Shown: one piece after another, positions 47,655 through 57,304 of the stretch
How positions within the stretch are numbered: position 1 is the first letter of the stretch
Layout: every line of letters starts with the position of its first letter
DNA from: Escherichia virus TH47
Sequence record: MT446416.1
Length of the DNA stretch: 64,000 bases
Strand: one strand, 5' to 3'
The notes under the pieces: model-generated
Database searches by the model: none
Seen by the model: only the letters and a program-made list of their open reading frames with translations
What the model was told of the DNA's origin: nothing
Position numbers and translations under genes: made by a program

Positions 47655-48824
47655 ATGTTACCTTTTGTTAGAATGTTTGATTATGGGAATGTAGCACCTG
47701 CACCACCGAAATTTAAAAAAATACTCACCAATAACTACAACGTTGCAGTTTTAACAAGCAGTGGGGATTTATATGTACGTGGGAATAATCAAAACGGTCA
47801 ATTGGGTTTAGGTCACAAAGAAAAAGTTACTACATGGACGTTTAGTACTTCTGGTGTTCAAGATTTTTGGTTTGGTAGTTCAACACTAGTGGTTAAAAAA
47901 ACCGATGATGAAATATGGTACAGTGGACAGTCAACCTCTGTTGGTATGCCAGGGGCATCTGTATCGGGGTGGACTTCTGCCATGCCGACATTCAATACAT
48001 TAACATTACCAATATTAGATATGGCAGTTAGTAATCAGACTACAAGTGTATTACTATCAGACCGAACAATATGGAGTACTGGGGTAGGAAGTAATGGTCA
48101 ATTGGGTAATGGAACTGCGACGAACAACATTTCAGGTAAATTCGTCAAAAGTACTGTTTCGACAGAAGAAGAACAATTACCAGTTAAATTGTTTGCCAGT
48201 AATTTAATGCATGGATATGTTACCGAGAACGGCTGGTTATACTACACTGGGCAACCCAATGCAGTTAGCACTAATGGCAGTGCGGTATATAGTGTTTATA
48301 CTAGTGCTCCTATTAGTCTAAGGAATACCATTAATATCAAGTACTATACAAATAATGGAACTTCGATGGCGATGGCTATTGGTACAGATCCAAATGGTAA
48401 GACCGTACTTGCTAATGGTGGCCCTAGGATATTTGGTGCACAGGCTGACGGAGTAAATGGTCAACTAAGTAATATTAGGCCATTTGCTGTTCAAACCGAA
48501 TCATTGATGCCTCCTGGGGATTTGGTAAGTATTGCTCATAATACTTCATATTATAACCAAGTTATTGCTACAACAGATGGTATATATTGTTGCGGCTACA
48601 ACCAATCTACACACGCTGGTATGTTAGGCATTGGTACATCTACTAACGCATTAGTATATACCAAAGCAATCGTACCTGATGGTTTTGATTATAGTAAATC
48701 GCAAATGGCAGGTGAGTATAACCGTACTTATATAACTGATGGTAATTTTGTATATAGTACAGGGACAGATGTCACATATGGTGGCATTAATAGCTTAGAA
48801 TTTGTAATAGATTCACCATTATAA
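47655..48824 (+). CDS. RCC1-like repeat protein, FamD copy 2
   Basis: N-term MLPFVRMFDYGN; GNNQNGQLGLGH, GSNGQLGNG. Confidence 0.8.
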   Translation: MLPFVRMFDYGNVAPAPPKFKKILTNNYNVAVLTSSGDLYVRGNNQNGQLGLGHKEKVTTWTFSTSGVQDFWFGSSTLVVKKTDDEIWYSGQSTSVGMPGASVSGWTSAMPTFNTLTLPILDMAVSNQTTSVLLSDRTIWSTGVGSNGQLGNGTATNNISGKFVKSTVSTEEEQLPVKLFASNLMHGYVTENGWLYYTGQPNAVSTNGSAVYSVYTSAPISLRNTINIKYYTNNGTSMAMAIGTDPNGKTVLANGGPRIFGAQADGVNGQLSNIRPFAVQTESLMPPGDLVSIAHNTSYYNQVIATTDGIYCCGYNQSTHAGMLGIGTSTNALVYTKAIVPDGFDYSKSQMAGEYNRTYITDGNFVYSTGTDVTYGGINSLEFVIDSPL

Positions 48825-48830
48825 AAAGAA

Positions 48831-48861
48831 AAGCCAGTACTTGATACTGGCTTTTCTTTTT
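48831..48861 (+). terminator. intrinsic terminator (AGCCAGTAC-TTGA-TACTGGCT + T-run)
   Basis: hairpin read directly; same element after copies 3 and 6. Confidence 0.6.
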
Positions 48862-48868
48862 GTATTAA

Positions 48869-48884
48869 ATATAGTATAATGAAT
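48869..48884 (+). promoter_or_regulatory. -10-only promoter-like motif TATAATGAATA (T4-late-like?)
   Basis: TATAAT 48875-48880, ~17 nt upstream of ATG, RBS AAGGAGGG; no good -35. Confidence 0.4.
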
Positions 48885-48897
48885 AAAGGAGGGAATT

Positions 48898-50007
48898 ATG
48901 TTACCTTTTGTTAGAATGTTTGATTACGGGAATATTGCACCTGAAGCTCCAAAGATAAAGAAAGTACTGTGCGGTCGTGATAATTTGTACGTCCTCTATG
49001 GCGATGGCTCACTTTATGGTTGTGGGGATAATGCGTATTTTCAGTTAAACGTTAAAAATGCAGCAACAAGAAATACTTGGATATTAATTTCAGAAGGTGT
49101 TACTGATGTATGGGCTGGGGCGTACAATATTCTTTATCTCAAGGGTGAAGAATTCATAATGCATGGAGTTACCACACAATTAGGCACAGGAGATACTATG
49201 ATTCCGTTGGGTGGTTTGAATGTTACTTCTTCATTTCCACATATATCTAATATTAAAATGATATCAATTGGTGCAGATACAATGCACTACGTTGATGCTA
49301 GTGGTTCGATTGTTTATGGTAGAGGCATGAATGGTAACTATTCACTCGGTGGTGGGTATTCCACGGCTCAGAGTACTTTTGTTTCAGTTATTAATACCGG
49401 AGCTAATACAGTCCTTGATATATTGGGTACACAGAATAACACATTAATATTAACATCAAATGGTGAACTTCTCGGTTGTGGGAGTAGTGGGTATGGTTCA
49501 CTTGGCGTAAGTCCAGGACAGTATACTACACTAGTAAGCAGGTTAACCAGTGTTAAACTGTTTGGTGGTAACAGTACTGGTACTCTTGCTTATTCAGCCA
49601 GCAATATATACAACGCAGGTTGGCAGTATGTTGGTCAACTTGGTAACGGTATTACAACGAACACACTACTATATCCATTTGCATTAAACTCCACTACTAT
49701 TGATAGTAAGATACATAAAATATCAAAATCAAGTACAACTTCACGTGTTAATATGTACGCAACAACCGAAGGAAAGATATATAGTACTGGTGAATTTGGT
49801 AGAAATGGTTCTGGTGGTAGTTTGAGTAGATTCACCAATACACTAACTTTAGATAATTACAACCCAGAAAAATCAGCATTATACACATGTGCAAATTTTA
49901 GTATAGTATTTGATGGTAATAATCAAATTTATGCTTGTGGTTCTTTTTTGTATGTGCCAGGTCCTATTACCACGAACTCATGGTCTGCAATTACAATGCC
50001 GAAATGA
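48898..50007 (+). CDS. RCC1-like repeat protein, FamD copy 3
   Basis: N-term MLPFVRMFDYGN. Confidence 0.8.
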   Translation: MLPFVRMFDYGNIAPEAPKIKKVLCGRDNLYVLYGDGSLYGCGDNAYFQLNVKNAATRNTWILISEGVTDVWAGAYNILYLKGEEFIMHGVTTQLGTGDTMIPLGGLNVTSSFPHISNIKMISIGADTMHYVDASGSIVYGRGMNGNYSLGGGYSTAQSTFVSVINTGANTVLDILGTQNNTLILTSNGELLGCGSSGYGSLGVSPGQYTTLVSRLTSVKLFGGNSTGTLAYSASNIYNAGWQYVGQLGNGITTNTLLYPFALNSTTIDSKIHKISKSSTTSRVNMYATTEGKIYSTGEFGRNGSGGSLSRFTNTLTLDNYNPEKSALYTCANFSIVFDGNNQIYACGSFLYVPGPITTNSWSAITMPK

Positions 50008-50021
50008 TACTATAAAACTAT

Positions 50022-50050
50022 GCCAGTACTTGATACTGGCTTTTCTTTTT
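50022..50050 (+). terminator. intrinsic terminator (GCCAGTAC-TTGA-TACTGGC + T-run)
   Basis: read directly. Confidence 0.6.
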
Positions 50051-50085
50051 GATTAAATATAGTATAAAGAATAAAGGAGGGAATT

Positions 50086-51243
50086 ATGTTACCTTTTGCT
50101 AGAATGGTTAAGTACGGAAATAGAGTTCCAGTACCTGTTGGGATTAAGAAGATAAACTCTGTCGGTACTAGTCAGATGATATTGACGAATACAGGCGACG
50201 TGTATGCATATGGTCAAAACACCAACTGGAGATTTGGTAGTGGTAGTTCTAGTGAGATTAGTGGGGGAGTTCCACAGATGGTAATGCAGGGTGTATCGGA
50301 TATGATATGTCATCCCAGATGTACATTATTAATAATGTCTGATGGACGTTATCTTGCTGCTGGGAACTCTACAGTACTGGGAGGTAGTTCAGGATTGAAT
50401 TATGTAGATGTTAGTTCTAAGTTCGCTACATTAGGAACTATCAAGAAAATTGATTTTACCCGAAGGAACAGTACTTCGTATACAGTATATGCATTAAACA
50501 CTGATGGTGATTTATATGGTATTGGATATGGAAACCGTGGTCAATTGGGGTTAGGTAAAAATAATAGTTTAGGTGCATTTACGAAGATAAACACCAATTG
50601 CAGGAATTTTGTAAGTTGTTCTTATGAGACGATAGTGGCTCTTAAGAATGATAATACTGCGTGGTTCTGTGGAAATTATTCGTTTATTAGTGGTAATACT
50701 GATGTTACTACATTTACTAACCTTGGTGATACTGCAATACTTAATATCTACGGTAATGGTTTAAATGGTGAGTTGTTATACACAAAAAGTGATGGTTTAT
50801 ATTTCCGTGGTTTAGCGTCGAACCGATATGGTTATTCATTCAGTTTAGAACAGCGTGCAATTAATAGCAAGATTACATTGCCGTTTGCTTATGATGTAAG
50901 TACGTTTAAGATTCTCACAGATGAACAGACAACAACCGTCAGTGTGTGGATTTCCAATTCAGACGTTCATTATGGGGTTGGTGCAAATAGCAGTAACACT
51001 AACAGAATGGGATTCACCAACCCAACTATGCCAGGTGCTGGTTCAAACTTTACATTACAGGATTTCAGTTCAGTGCAGGGCACTATTGAGACTGTTGTTA
51101 GTGCAAGTTATTATACAACTCTTATAAACTCTAATGGGAAAGTATTTGGCAGTGGGCCTTTTGATGATGATTCTTTAACTTATTTTCCTGGGAATAATCC
51201 AAAACTGATGAACTACACAGAAATTAAATTGAATATAAATTAG
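50086..51243 (+). CDS. RCC1-like repeat protein, FamD copy 4
   Basis: N-term MLPFARMVKYGN; GYGNRGQLGLGK. Confidence 0.8.
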   Translation: MLPFARMVKYGNRVPVPVGIKKINSVGTSQMILTNTGDVYAYGQNTNWRFGSGSSSEISGGVPQMVMQGVSDMICHPRCTLLIMSDGRYLAAGNSTVLGGSSGLNYVDVSSKFATLGTIKKIDFTRRNSTSYTVYALNTDGDLYGIGYGNRGQLGLGKNNSLGAFTKINTNCRNFVSCSYETIVALKNDNTAWFCGNYSFISGNTDVTTFTNLGDTAILNIYGNGLNGELLYTKSDGLYFRGLASNRYGYSFSLEQRAINSKITLPFAYDVSTFKILTDEQTTTVSVWISNSDVHYGVGANSSNTNRMGFTNPTMPGAGSNFTLQDFSSVQGTIETVVSASYYTTLINSNGKVFGSGPFDDDSLTYFPGNNPKLMNYTEIKLNIN

Positions 51244-51255
51244 GAGAGAATAATT

Positions 51256-52416
51256 ATGTTACCTTTTGCTAGAATGGTTAAGTACGGAAACATTGCACCA
51301 TCCCCTGCTGCCATTAAAAAATTAGTTACCGGATATAACTGGGTTATGGTATTGGGTAGTAATGGTAAATTATATACCCGTGGTGCCAATTCAAGTGGTC
51401 AGTTGGGTTTAGGAGACAATACAGCCAGAACATCATGGACATTAACTGCATCGGATGTCATTGATGTATGGTGTGGTCAGTATGCCACAATGATTCACAA
51501 ATCAGATGGTACATATCAATACACAGGGAAACAATACAATGTGTGTATGGGTACATCATCTGTTAATGCATGGACTTCTATGCAAACTCTTATTAATCAA
51601 GTTAATTCTCAAGGAACAATTACAGAAATATCACTAGGAAATAACTTCATTTCAATACTTATGAGTAATGGGACCATTTGGTGTGGTGGTTATAACACAG
51701 GAGGACAGCTTGGCAATGCTTCTTATTCTAACAGTTTTACTACATTAGTAAAATCAATTATACCAAGTGGTGCGGTTCCGAAAAGGATTATTGCAGGTAT
51801 AAACATGTGTTCATTTATTGCCGAAAGTGGTAGATTATATTACACAGGTGAAGTTAATGGTGATACTAACAGTACTTCAACCGTGAGTTTTTATAATGTA
51901 TTCACATTGTCAGATAGATTACCAGCAACTGTTAGTACTATAGCATTTATAAGTACTGTTAATGATATGGTGCAAGGTATTGCAAGAAACAAAAGCACGT
52001 CAGTTGTTTCAGTGTACACAGGTGGTGATCAATTATATGGACAGGCTGCTACTGGTACTGATACTACAACAAAAATATTGACAACTGTTGTGGCAAATCA
52101 ACCACAAGGAAATATATTAGATATAGGATATGGGTACGGATATTACTCTAACTTTGTTATTACTGACACAGGTGTATACGTTGCTGGTAATAACTCAGCG
52201 ACTTCATACTATGGACAATTAAGTACAGGTTCAACTACTAACGTATTAACTTACACTAAGTCTATTACTCCTGATTTAAATTTCAATGATGTTAAAATCC
52301 AAAGTTGCTATGGTAAAACATATATGACAGATGGAAACAAAATATATTCAAGTGGTACTAACCTAGTATCTGGTGGTACTGCTAGTACTATATTTGTTGA
52401 AGATTCACCAATTTAA
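51256..52416 (+). CDS. RCC1-like repeat protein, FamD copy 5
   Basis: N-term MLPFARMVKYGN; GANSSGQLGLGD, GYNTGGQLGNAS; no terminator between copies 4 and 5. Confidence 0.8.
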   Translation: MLPFARMVKYGNIAPSPAAIKKLVTGYNWVMVLGSNGKLYTRGANSSGQLGLGDNTARTSWTLTASDVIDVWCGQYATMIHKSDGTYQYTGKQYNVCMGTSSVNAWTSMQTLINQVNSQGTITEISLGNNFISILMSNGTIWCGGYNTGGQLGNASYSNSFTTLVKSIIPSGAVPKRIIAGINMCSFIAESGRLYYTGEVNGDTNSTSTVSFYNVFTLSDRLPATVSTIAFISTVNDMVQGIARNKSTSVVSVYTGGDQLYGQAATGTDTTTKILTTVVANQPQGNILDIGYGYGYYSNFVITDTGVYVAGNNSATSYYGQLSTGSTTNVLTYTKSITPDLNFNDVKIQSCYGKTYMTDGNKIYSSGTNLVSGGTASTIFVEDSPI

Positions 52417-52422
52417 AATAAT

Positions 52423-52450
52423 GCCAGTACTCTGTACTGGTATTCTTATT
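52423..52450 (+). terminator. intrinsic terminator hairpin
   Basis: GCCAGTAC-TCT-GTACTGG followed by T-rich tract. Confidence 0.5.
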
Positions 52451-52486
52451 TGTATTAAATATAGTATAATGAATAAAGGAGGAATT

Positions 52487-53623
52487 ATGTTACCTTTTGC
52501 AAGAATGGTTAAGTACGGGAATATAAAAGTAAAGAGTACTATCCAAAAAGTTATCCTTGGTGGTGGTGGTCAATGTGTGGTAACATTACTCAGTGATGGT
52601 AGAGTGTATGGACGTGGTTACAACACTACACATGGGTTAGGTACTGGTACAACAACATTCGTAAGTGATTGGGTATTAATGGGCGATAATATTGTTGATA
52701 TCCATTCAAATGGTGTTCCTGGCACATTCCTTATCACCAAAGAAAATAGAATTTTGTATTCTGGTTGGGCGACACCAATCAATGGTACAACTGCACATTA
52801 TACACGTTTCACTGATTTAACATCAACTGTATTTGCTGCGGTGGATGTTAGTAATATTAAAACAATTACTGGAAATATTAATGCTACAATGGTCCTGTTG
52901 AATGATGGTTCTCTTTATGGTAGTGGTGCAAATACAGGTGTTATTGGTAATGGTAGAAATGTTGCATTATCAACACAAACATATGTAACTAATGATGTGA
53001 GAGAAGTAAAAACATATGGATCCATGACTACTATAACAAAAAATAACAATCAAATACTGGGTAGTGGTCTTTTATACCACGGCGTGAACGGTACAAATTC
53101 AATAATAAACACGTCTTCATATACATTACTGTACACATTACCGAGTTCTGATTGTTTTCAATTTGCATTTGATGAATATACATTTGGATATGTTGACCCT
53201 AGCACTAATACTTCTTATATAAGAGGTATACCAATAAATGGTTCATTGGGTAATGGTGTTACTAATAATACAGCAGTTACAACATGGGTTACTAAAGTTT
53301 GGAATACACCAATTGATAGTTCTATACCTAATAAATCACATACACTTAACCATGTCTCCTTGTTCAATGATGGAAACTTATGGACAACTGGTGCATCTAA
53401 TGTCGGTTATTCCAATGGTACAAATAGCACAACAGCTAATACTTGGACCAGTTCATCTAATTTACCATTCAACACCAATAACATCACAGACTATGCGTTG
53501 GGTAGTAATATTACTGTGGTGGTAATCGACTACAGGTCTATGTACATACTAGCTAACAACTTAATTGCTGGAACTACATCAACCACTTACAAATTTGAGC
53601 CATATAATTCTCCACCAGTTTAA
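52487..53623 (+). CDS. RCC1-like repeat protein, FamD copy 6
   Basis: start MLPFARMVKYGN at 52487 after AAGGAGG; track N-extension from 52373 rejected. Confidence 0.75.
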   Translation: MLPFARMVKYGNIKVKSTIQKVILGGGGQCVVTLLSDGRVYGRGYNTTHGLGTGTTTFVSDWVLMGDNIVDIHSNGVPGTFLITKENRILYSGWATPINGTTAHYTRFTDLTSTVFAAVDVSNIKTITGNINATMVLLNDGSLYGSGANTGVIGNGRNVALSTQTYVTNDVREVKTYGSMTTITKNNNQILGSGLLYHGVNGTNSIINTSSYTLLYTLPSSDCFQFAFDEYTFGYVDPSTNTSYIRGIPINGSLGNGVTNNTAVTTWVTKVWNTPIDSSIPNKSHTLNHVSLFNDGNLWTTGASNVGYSNGTNSTTANTWTSSSNLPFNTNNITDYALGSNITVVVIDYRSMYILANNLIAGTTSTTYKFEPYNSPPV

Positions 53624-53629
53624 TATAAT

Positions 53630-53659
53630 GCCAGTACTTGAGTACTGGCTTTTCTTTTA
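53630..53659. terminator. bidirectional hairpin terminator between convergent genes
   Basis: GCCAGTACTTGAGTACTGGC + TTTTCTTTT. Confidence 0.55.
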
Positions 53660-54307
53660 CATATTATATAATGTGAATGCAGTCACTTTACCAGTTGTTG
53701 TTAGTTCATTATAAAGATACTCCAAGATTCTCGCACACTCTAAGTATATCTCGATATCATCATGAATAAGTGAGTACTGGAATAGCTGTTCTTCAGATAA
53801 TTTGTATTGACTCCCTCTTAATGAATTGAGAATATCTTTCACATCATCAAGTACTGGGTAAAGTACGAAATCTTCATCATATTTTGAAGCAATAAATTCA
53901 AATCCACCACCATCAGTACTAGATATACCAATCAGTACTTTATCAATCAAGTTAATGTTTATATAACGGTTGTGATTTGGGTGAATTGAAATCTCAAACA
54001 TACGAGTACTGTTACAATCAACATCAATATACAAATATACATCATTGAATTTATAAGTTAAGCAACCATACTCAATGTAATCAGAGCAAATAATTGATGA
54101 ATTTTTTCTCGTCTCTGCGTAATGCATATTGATATTCTTTTTACGCATAAGTAATTCGAACTTTGCACTAAACTTACCACCAGTAAGATAATTAGTATTA
54201 GGACGTTTGTAACTGGCAACTGGCCTATGGGATGATGAAAAGTATCTTTTTGTGAATCGTTTCTGTTTAGTGAAATATTCTTGATAGAACTTATTTCTTT
54301 TATTCAT
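53657..54307 (-). CDS. hypothetical protein, paralog of 44068-44739, with FamA C-terminal module
   Basis: motif SEEQLFQYSLIHDDIEIY; start MNKRNKFYQEYF at 54305-54307 after GAGG. Confidence 0.5.
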   Translation of the reverse strand: MNKRNKFYQEYFTKQKRFTKRYFSSSHRPVASYKRPNTNYLTGGKFSAKFELLMRKKNINMHYAETRKNSSIICSDYIEYGCLTYKFNDVYLYIDVDCNSTRMFEISIHPNHNRYININLIDKVLIGISSTDGGGFEFIASKYDEDFVLYPVLDDVKDILNSLRGSQYKLSEEQLFQYSLIHDDIEIYLECARILEYLYNELTTTGKVTAFTLYNM

Positions 54308-54385
54308 GAGTGCCTCAATTAAATTGCTGTAAAATTGTACGTTATAAAATGAGTAAATAAAGTATAACACAAGGAGATTTTTATT

Positions 54386-55510
54386 ATGTTACCTTTCGTA
54401 TTGTTATTTGATTATGGGAACGAAAAACAAGAAAGTTCTTATGATGTTAGTGTATATGGAAACAATAACTACATTTTAAATAAACAAACTGGAAACCTTT
54501 TTGCATCTGGTGCTGCGGCATTTATGGGTGATAACACCGTTAAGTATTATATTACCCAAATCGAATCAAATGTTCATAGCTGTGAGATAGGCTTCCTATC
54601 ATCATGGATAATTAAGAAGGACAAAACTGTTTTCATTTTAGGAAACAAAAGTTCAATTGGTCTAACCGATTCGACCACATCATGGTTTGAAATTACAAAT
54701 TTATTTTCTGCTGTTCCTGAAATATGGGACAACCTATTTGAATGTAAAGTTCAATTGGGATATAACTGCATACGTGTTATGACACCACTAGGTTCAATCT
54801 ATGCGATTGGCACAAACACTTATGGTGCATTGGGTACTGGTACTACATCCTCATCAACTTCGTTCGTTAAAAGTGGTGCTGTGGATGCTGTACGCATGGA
54901 ATCAACTGAACGTTCAGTTTTCTATCAAAACAGTTCTGGAAAATGGTTTGGATGTGGTGATAACACATATGGTATACTAGGTCTAGGAACTACCGCCAGT
55001 CGTGTAAACTCATACACCGCACCAGTATGGACTAATGCAGAAGCTGTTAGCTTCTCTAACCGTGGTATCATATACAGCCTCAATGGTACTCTATACTCAT
55101 GTGGTGACAAAGTTAATGGTCAGCTAGGGGATGGATATACACAAAGCATAGACGCTGCCAGGAGCACACCATACACCATAGGAACCGCATTCCAAATTGG
55201 TAAGGCAATAACATCAGCTACACAAGCATCAGCCAACGTATTCATTGGTAAAGATAATAAGTTCTATGGTACTGGTAGTATTGCTGCTGGTATAAATGGT
55301 AGTGCTAGTGCTACATTAAGTAAAGTTACTGCGTTATCAGCATCACTACCACCTGACATTACATACAATGATATTATAACATTTAATACAGGGACCGTAA
55401 CTTTTATTCAAGCAAAAGGACAACTATATTATGTTGGTAGAAGAACTTACATAGATAATAGTTCAGACGTTACCACACAGTTCAGTTTAATTGGTGGCTT
55501 AGATAATTAA
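54386..55510 (+). CDS. RCC1-like repeat protein, FamD copy 7 (most divergent)
   Basis: N-term MLPFVLLFDYGN; GTNTYGALGTGT, GDNTYGILGLGT, GDKVNGQLGDGY. Confidence 0.8.
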   Translation: MLPFVLLFDYGNEKQESSYDVSVYGNNNYILNKQTGNLFASGAAAFMGDNTVKYYITQIESNVHSCEIGFLSSWIIKKDKTVFILGNKSSIGLTDSTTSWFEITNLFSAVPEIWDNLFECKVQLGYNCIRVMTPLGSIYAIGTNTYGALGTGTTSSSTSFVKSGAVDAVRMESTERSVFYQNSSGKWFGCGDNTYGILGLGTTASRVNSYTAPVWTNAEAVSFSNRGIIYSLNGTLYSCGDKVNGQLGDGYTQSIDAARSTPYTIGTAFQIGKAITSATQASANVFIGKDNKFYGTGSIAAGINGSASATLSKVTALSASLPPDITYNDIITFNTGTVTFIQAKGQLYYVGRRTYIDNSSDVTTQFSLIGGLDN

Positions 55511-55515
55511 AATTA

Positions 55516-55547
55516 ATCCAGTACTATAATAGTACTGGATTTTTTAT
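55516..55547. terminator. bidirectional hairpin terminator
   Basis: ATCCAGTACTATAATAGTACTGGAT + TTTTTT between convergent genes. Confidence 0.6.
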
Positions 55548-55918
55548 TATAACATACGTTTTTTACGAATAGTATTGTGGATATTTTTTAAGTAGTTCAC
55601 ACCTTTACACAACCCATAAAATACACCAGCACATACACCAAATACAGGTATCATACATGCAAACATCGTTATCAATTCCCACATCTCCATGCCATCTTGA
55701 TTCGGTCCAAGGTCAAAGATAACAACCGAAACCAAACCTGTGATACTTAGCATATAATATGCCATGAAGATAAAAAAAGAAACAATACCAACATCAGAGC
55801 GAACTGAATTTAGCATATTATATACTGGGGTTACACAGAAGTAATACAATAACCAAACCAAAGAGCCTAAACTAAACACAATAATAGTAATGATCGAAAA
55901 TATTTCACGATAACTCAT
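55547..55918 (-). CDS. FamE small multi-TM membrane protein
   Basis: 123 aa, several hydrophobic helices; last of seven tandem paralogs. Confidence 0.6.
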   Translation of the reverse strand: MSYREIFSIITIIVFSLGSLVWLLYYFCVTPVYNMLNSVRSDVGIVSFFIFMAYYMLSITGLVSVVIFDLGPNQDGMEMWELITMFACMIPVFGVCAGVFYGLCKGVNYLKNIHNTIRKKRML

Positions 55919-55919
55919 T

Positions 55920-56282
55920 TTAGTTCCTCTTACCTAAACGCTCATGGATTTCGGAAATCTTATTATACATCCACGCCATCAACTCAACGGATGCACAGAG
56001 AATAACCACACACAGTGTTAGTGAACATACCATAATACCAAATGTTATAAAATTCAAACTCGATGTTAATAATGCAACCAGCATTAGAATAAAACCAAAA
56101 TTGAATGCTGTACTCAACACAGTATATGCTGGACTATATCTCCTTTGTATTACATCATATATATTTGATAATGGTCGCTTATGGAAGTACTTCCCAATGC
56201 ACACGAATGCATTCAGTGAGAAGATAAATGTATACGCCATTACCATTAATTGACCAATAAAAGATAATTCAATATTATTCAT
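55920..56282 (-). CDS. FamE small membrane protein
   Basis: 120 aa, hydrophobic. Confidence 0.6.
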   Translation of the reverse strand: MNNIELSFIGQLMVMAYTFIFSLNAFVCIGKYFHKRPLSNIYDVIQRRYSPAYTVLSTAFNFGFILMLVALLTSSLNFITFGIMVCSLTLCVVILCASVELMAWMYNKISEIHERLGKRN

Positions 56283-56283
56283 G

Positions 56284-56655
56284 TTATCCTCGTTTGCGGT
56301 ATTTGATGCTTTGGTGCATTCTCTGAAAATGTGGAACTAATACATATTGTACGGTTTGCCAAATTACCATCAGATTATGGACAGCACCACCGAGTAGACC
56401 AAACATTAGACAGATAATTACCAGTACTGGATCACCATCTACCATACCCCATTTGAATATATGTAAAATCCATACAGTGATAAGTAGTAATAAACTAATC
56501 CAATACGTAGTAAAAAATCCCGCATGTAATTCATAATCATCAGCAATTTCATCGTATACGGTTTCCAAGAAGGATACACAGAAGAACTTGCCAATAATAA
56601 CAATTGTACTAATAAACAACATAGCAGTTAATATAATAAGTGCAATTTCCATCAC
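56284..56655 (-). CDS. FamE small membrane protein
   Basis: 123 aa, hydrophobic. Confidence 0.6.
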   Translation of the reverse strand: MMEIALIILTAMLFISTIVIIGKFFCVSFLETVYDEIADDYELHAGFFTTYWISLLLLITVWILHIFKWGMVDGDPVLVIICLMFGLLGGAVHNLMVIWQTVQYVLVPHFQRMHQSIKYRKRG

Positions 56656-56966
56656 ATCCCTCGTTTACGCTTTTGATTGCGTCTAAATTCGGTTAGCCCA
56701 CGAATAATCGGTGGCATCAGACTACATAAAAAAATAACAGTTGTTGGCAATAACATGAAGTCAATCATTGCTGTATTAACAGGTGGATCACATACCAAAT
56801 AATACAAACACGTAATACTAATTATGGTTGACCCAATAAAAAGAATACAAAATTCTTTTATCTGTTTTTCAACATAATCAAACATCTTCAATACAAATAA
56901 AAATCCAACCCAACACATAATAAAATAGAATGAATACAACGTGTAAATCAATGTTACGATATCCAT
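56652..56966 (-). CDS. FamE small membrane protein
   Basis: 104 aa; ATGA overlap. Confidence 0.6.
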   Translation of the reverse strand: MDIVTLIYTLYSFYFIMCWVGFLFVLKMFDYVEKQIKEFCILFIGSTIISITCLYYLVCDPPVNTAMIDFMLLPTTVIFLCSLMPPIIRGLTEFRRNQKRKRGM

Positions 56967-57304
56967 TAGTACCTCGCATCAGGAACTTTAGAACGCAATT
57001 TATGAACGGCTGGGATCAACAACAAACTTACATATGCAATAGTTGAACCCCAATAGAATACTAATATAATTGGTTCACCATTAGAACGTAAACCTCTACT
57101 AATCATTGAGTAGTGAATAATAGGCATAAACATCGCCATAAAAAACCATGCGTGTAATTTTAATTGCAGCATGTTATCAGAGATGAATACTGAAATTGGT
57201 CGTTTAAAGAACCACATCAGAAAGTAGAACCCAGCACTAACAATATAGTACATAGTACTAACTTTCATATACCACGGCATTAAGTGTAAAAAATATTCCA
57301 TCAT
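56966..57304 (-). CDS. FamE small membrane protein
   Basis: 112 aa. Confidence 0.6.
   Translation of the reverse strand: MMEYFLHLMPWYMKVSTMYYIVSAGFYFLMWFFKRPISVFISDNMLQLKLHAWFFMAMFMPIIHYSMISRGLRSNGEPIILVFYWGSTIAYVSLLLIPAVHKLRSKVPDARY

Noticed and set aside
46603-55110. Short ORFs overlapping the RCC1-like genes (46603-46803, 49635-49838, 50089-50313, 50921-51127, 53238-53525, 54925-55110) and the 52373 upstream extension of copy 6
   Set aside because: Embedded in strongly supported RCC1-like reading frames; the 52373 extension reads through the terminator and promoter, and the conserved MLPFARM start at 52487 has the canonical RBS.
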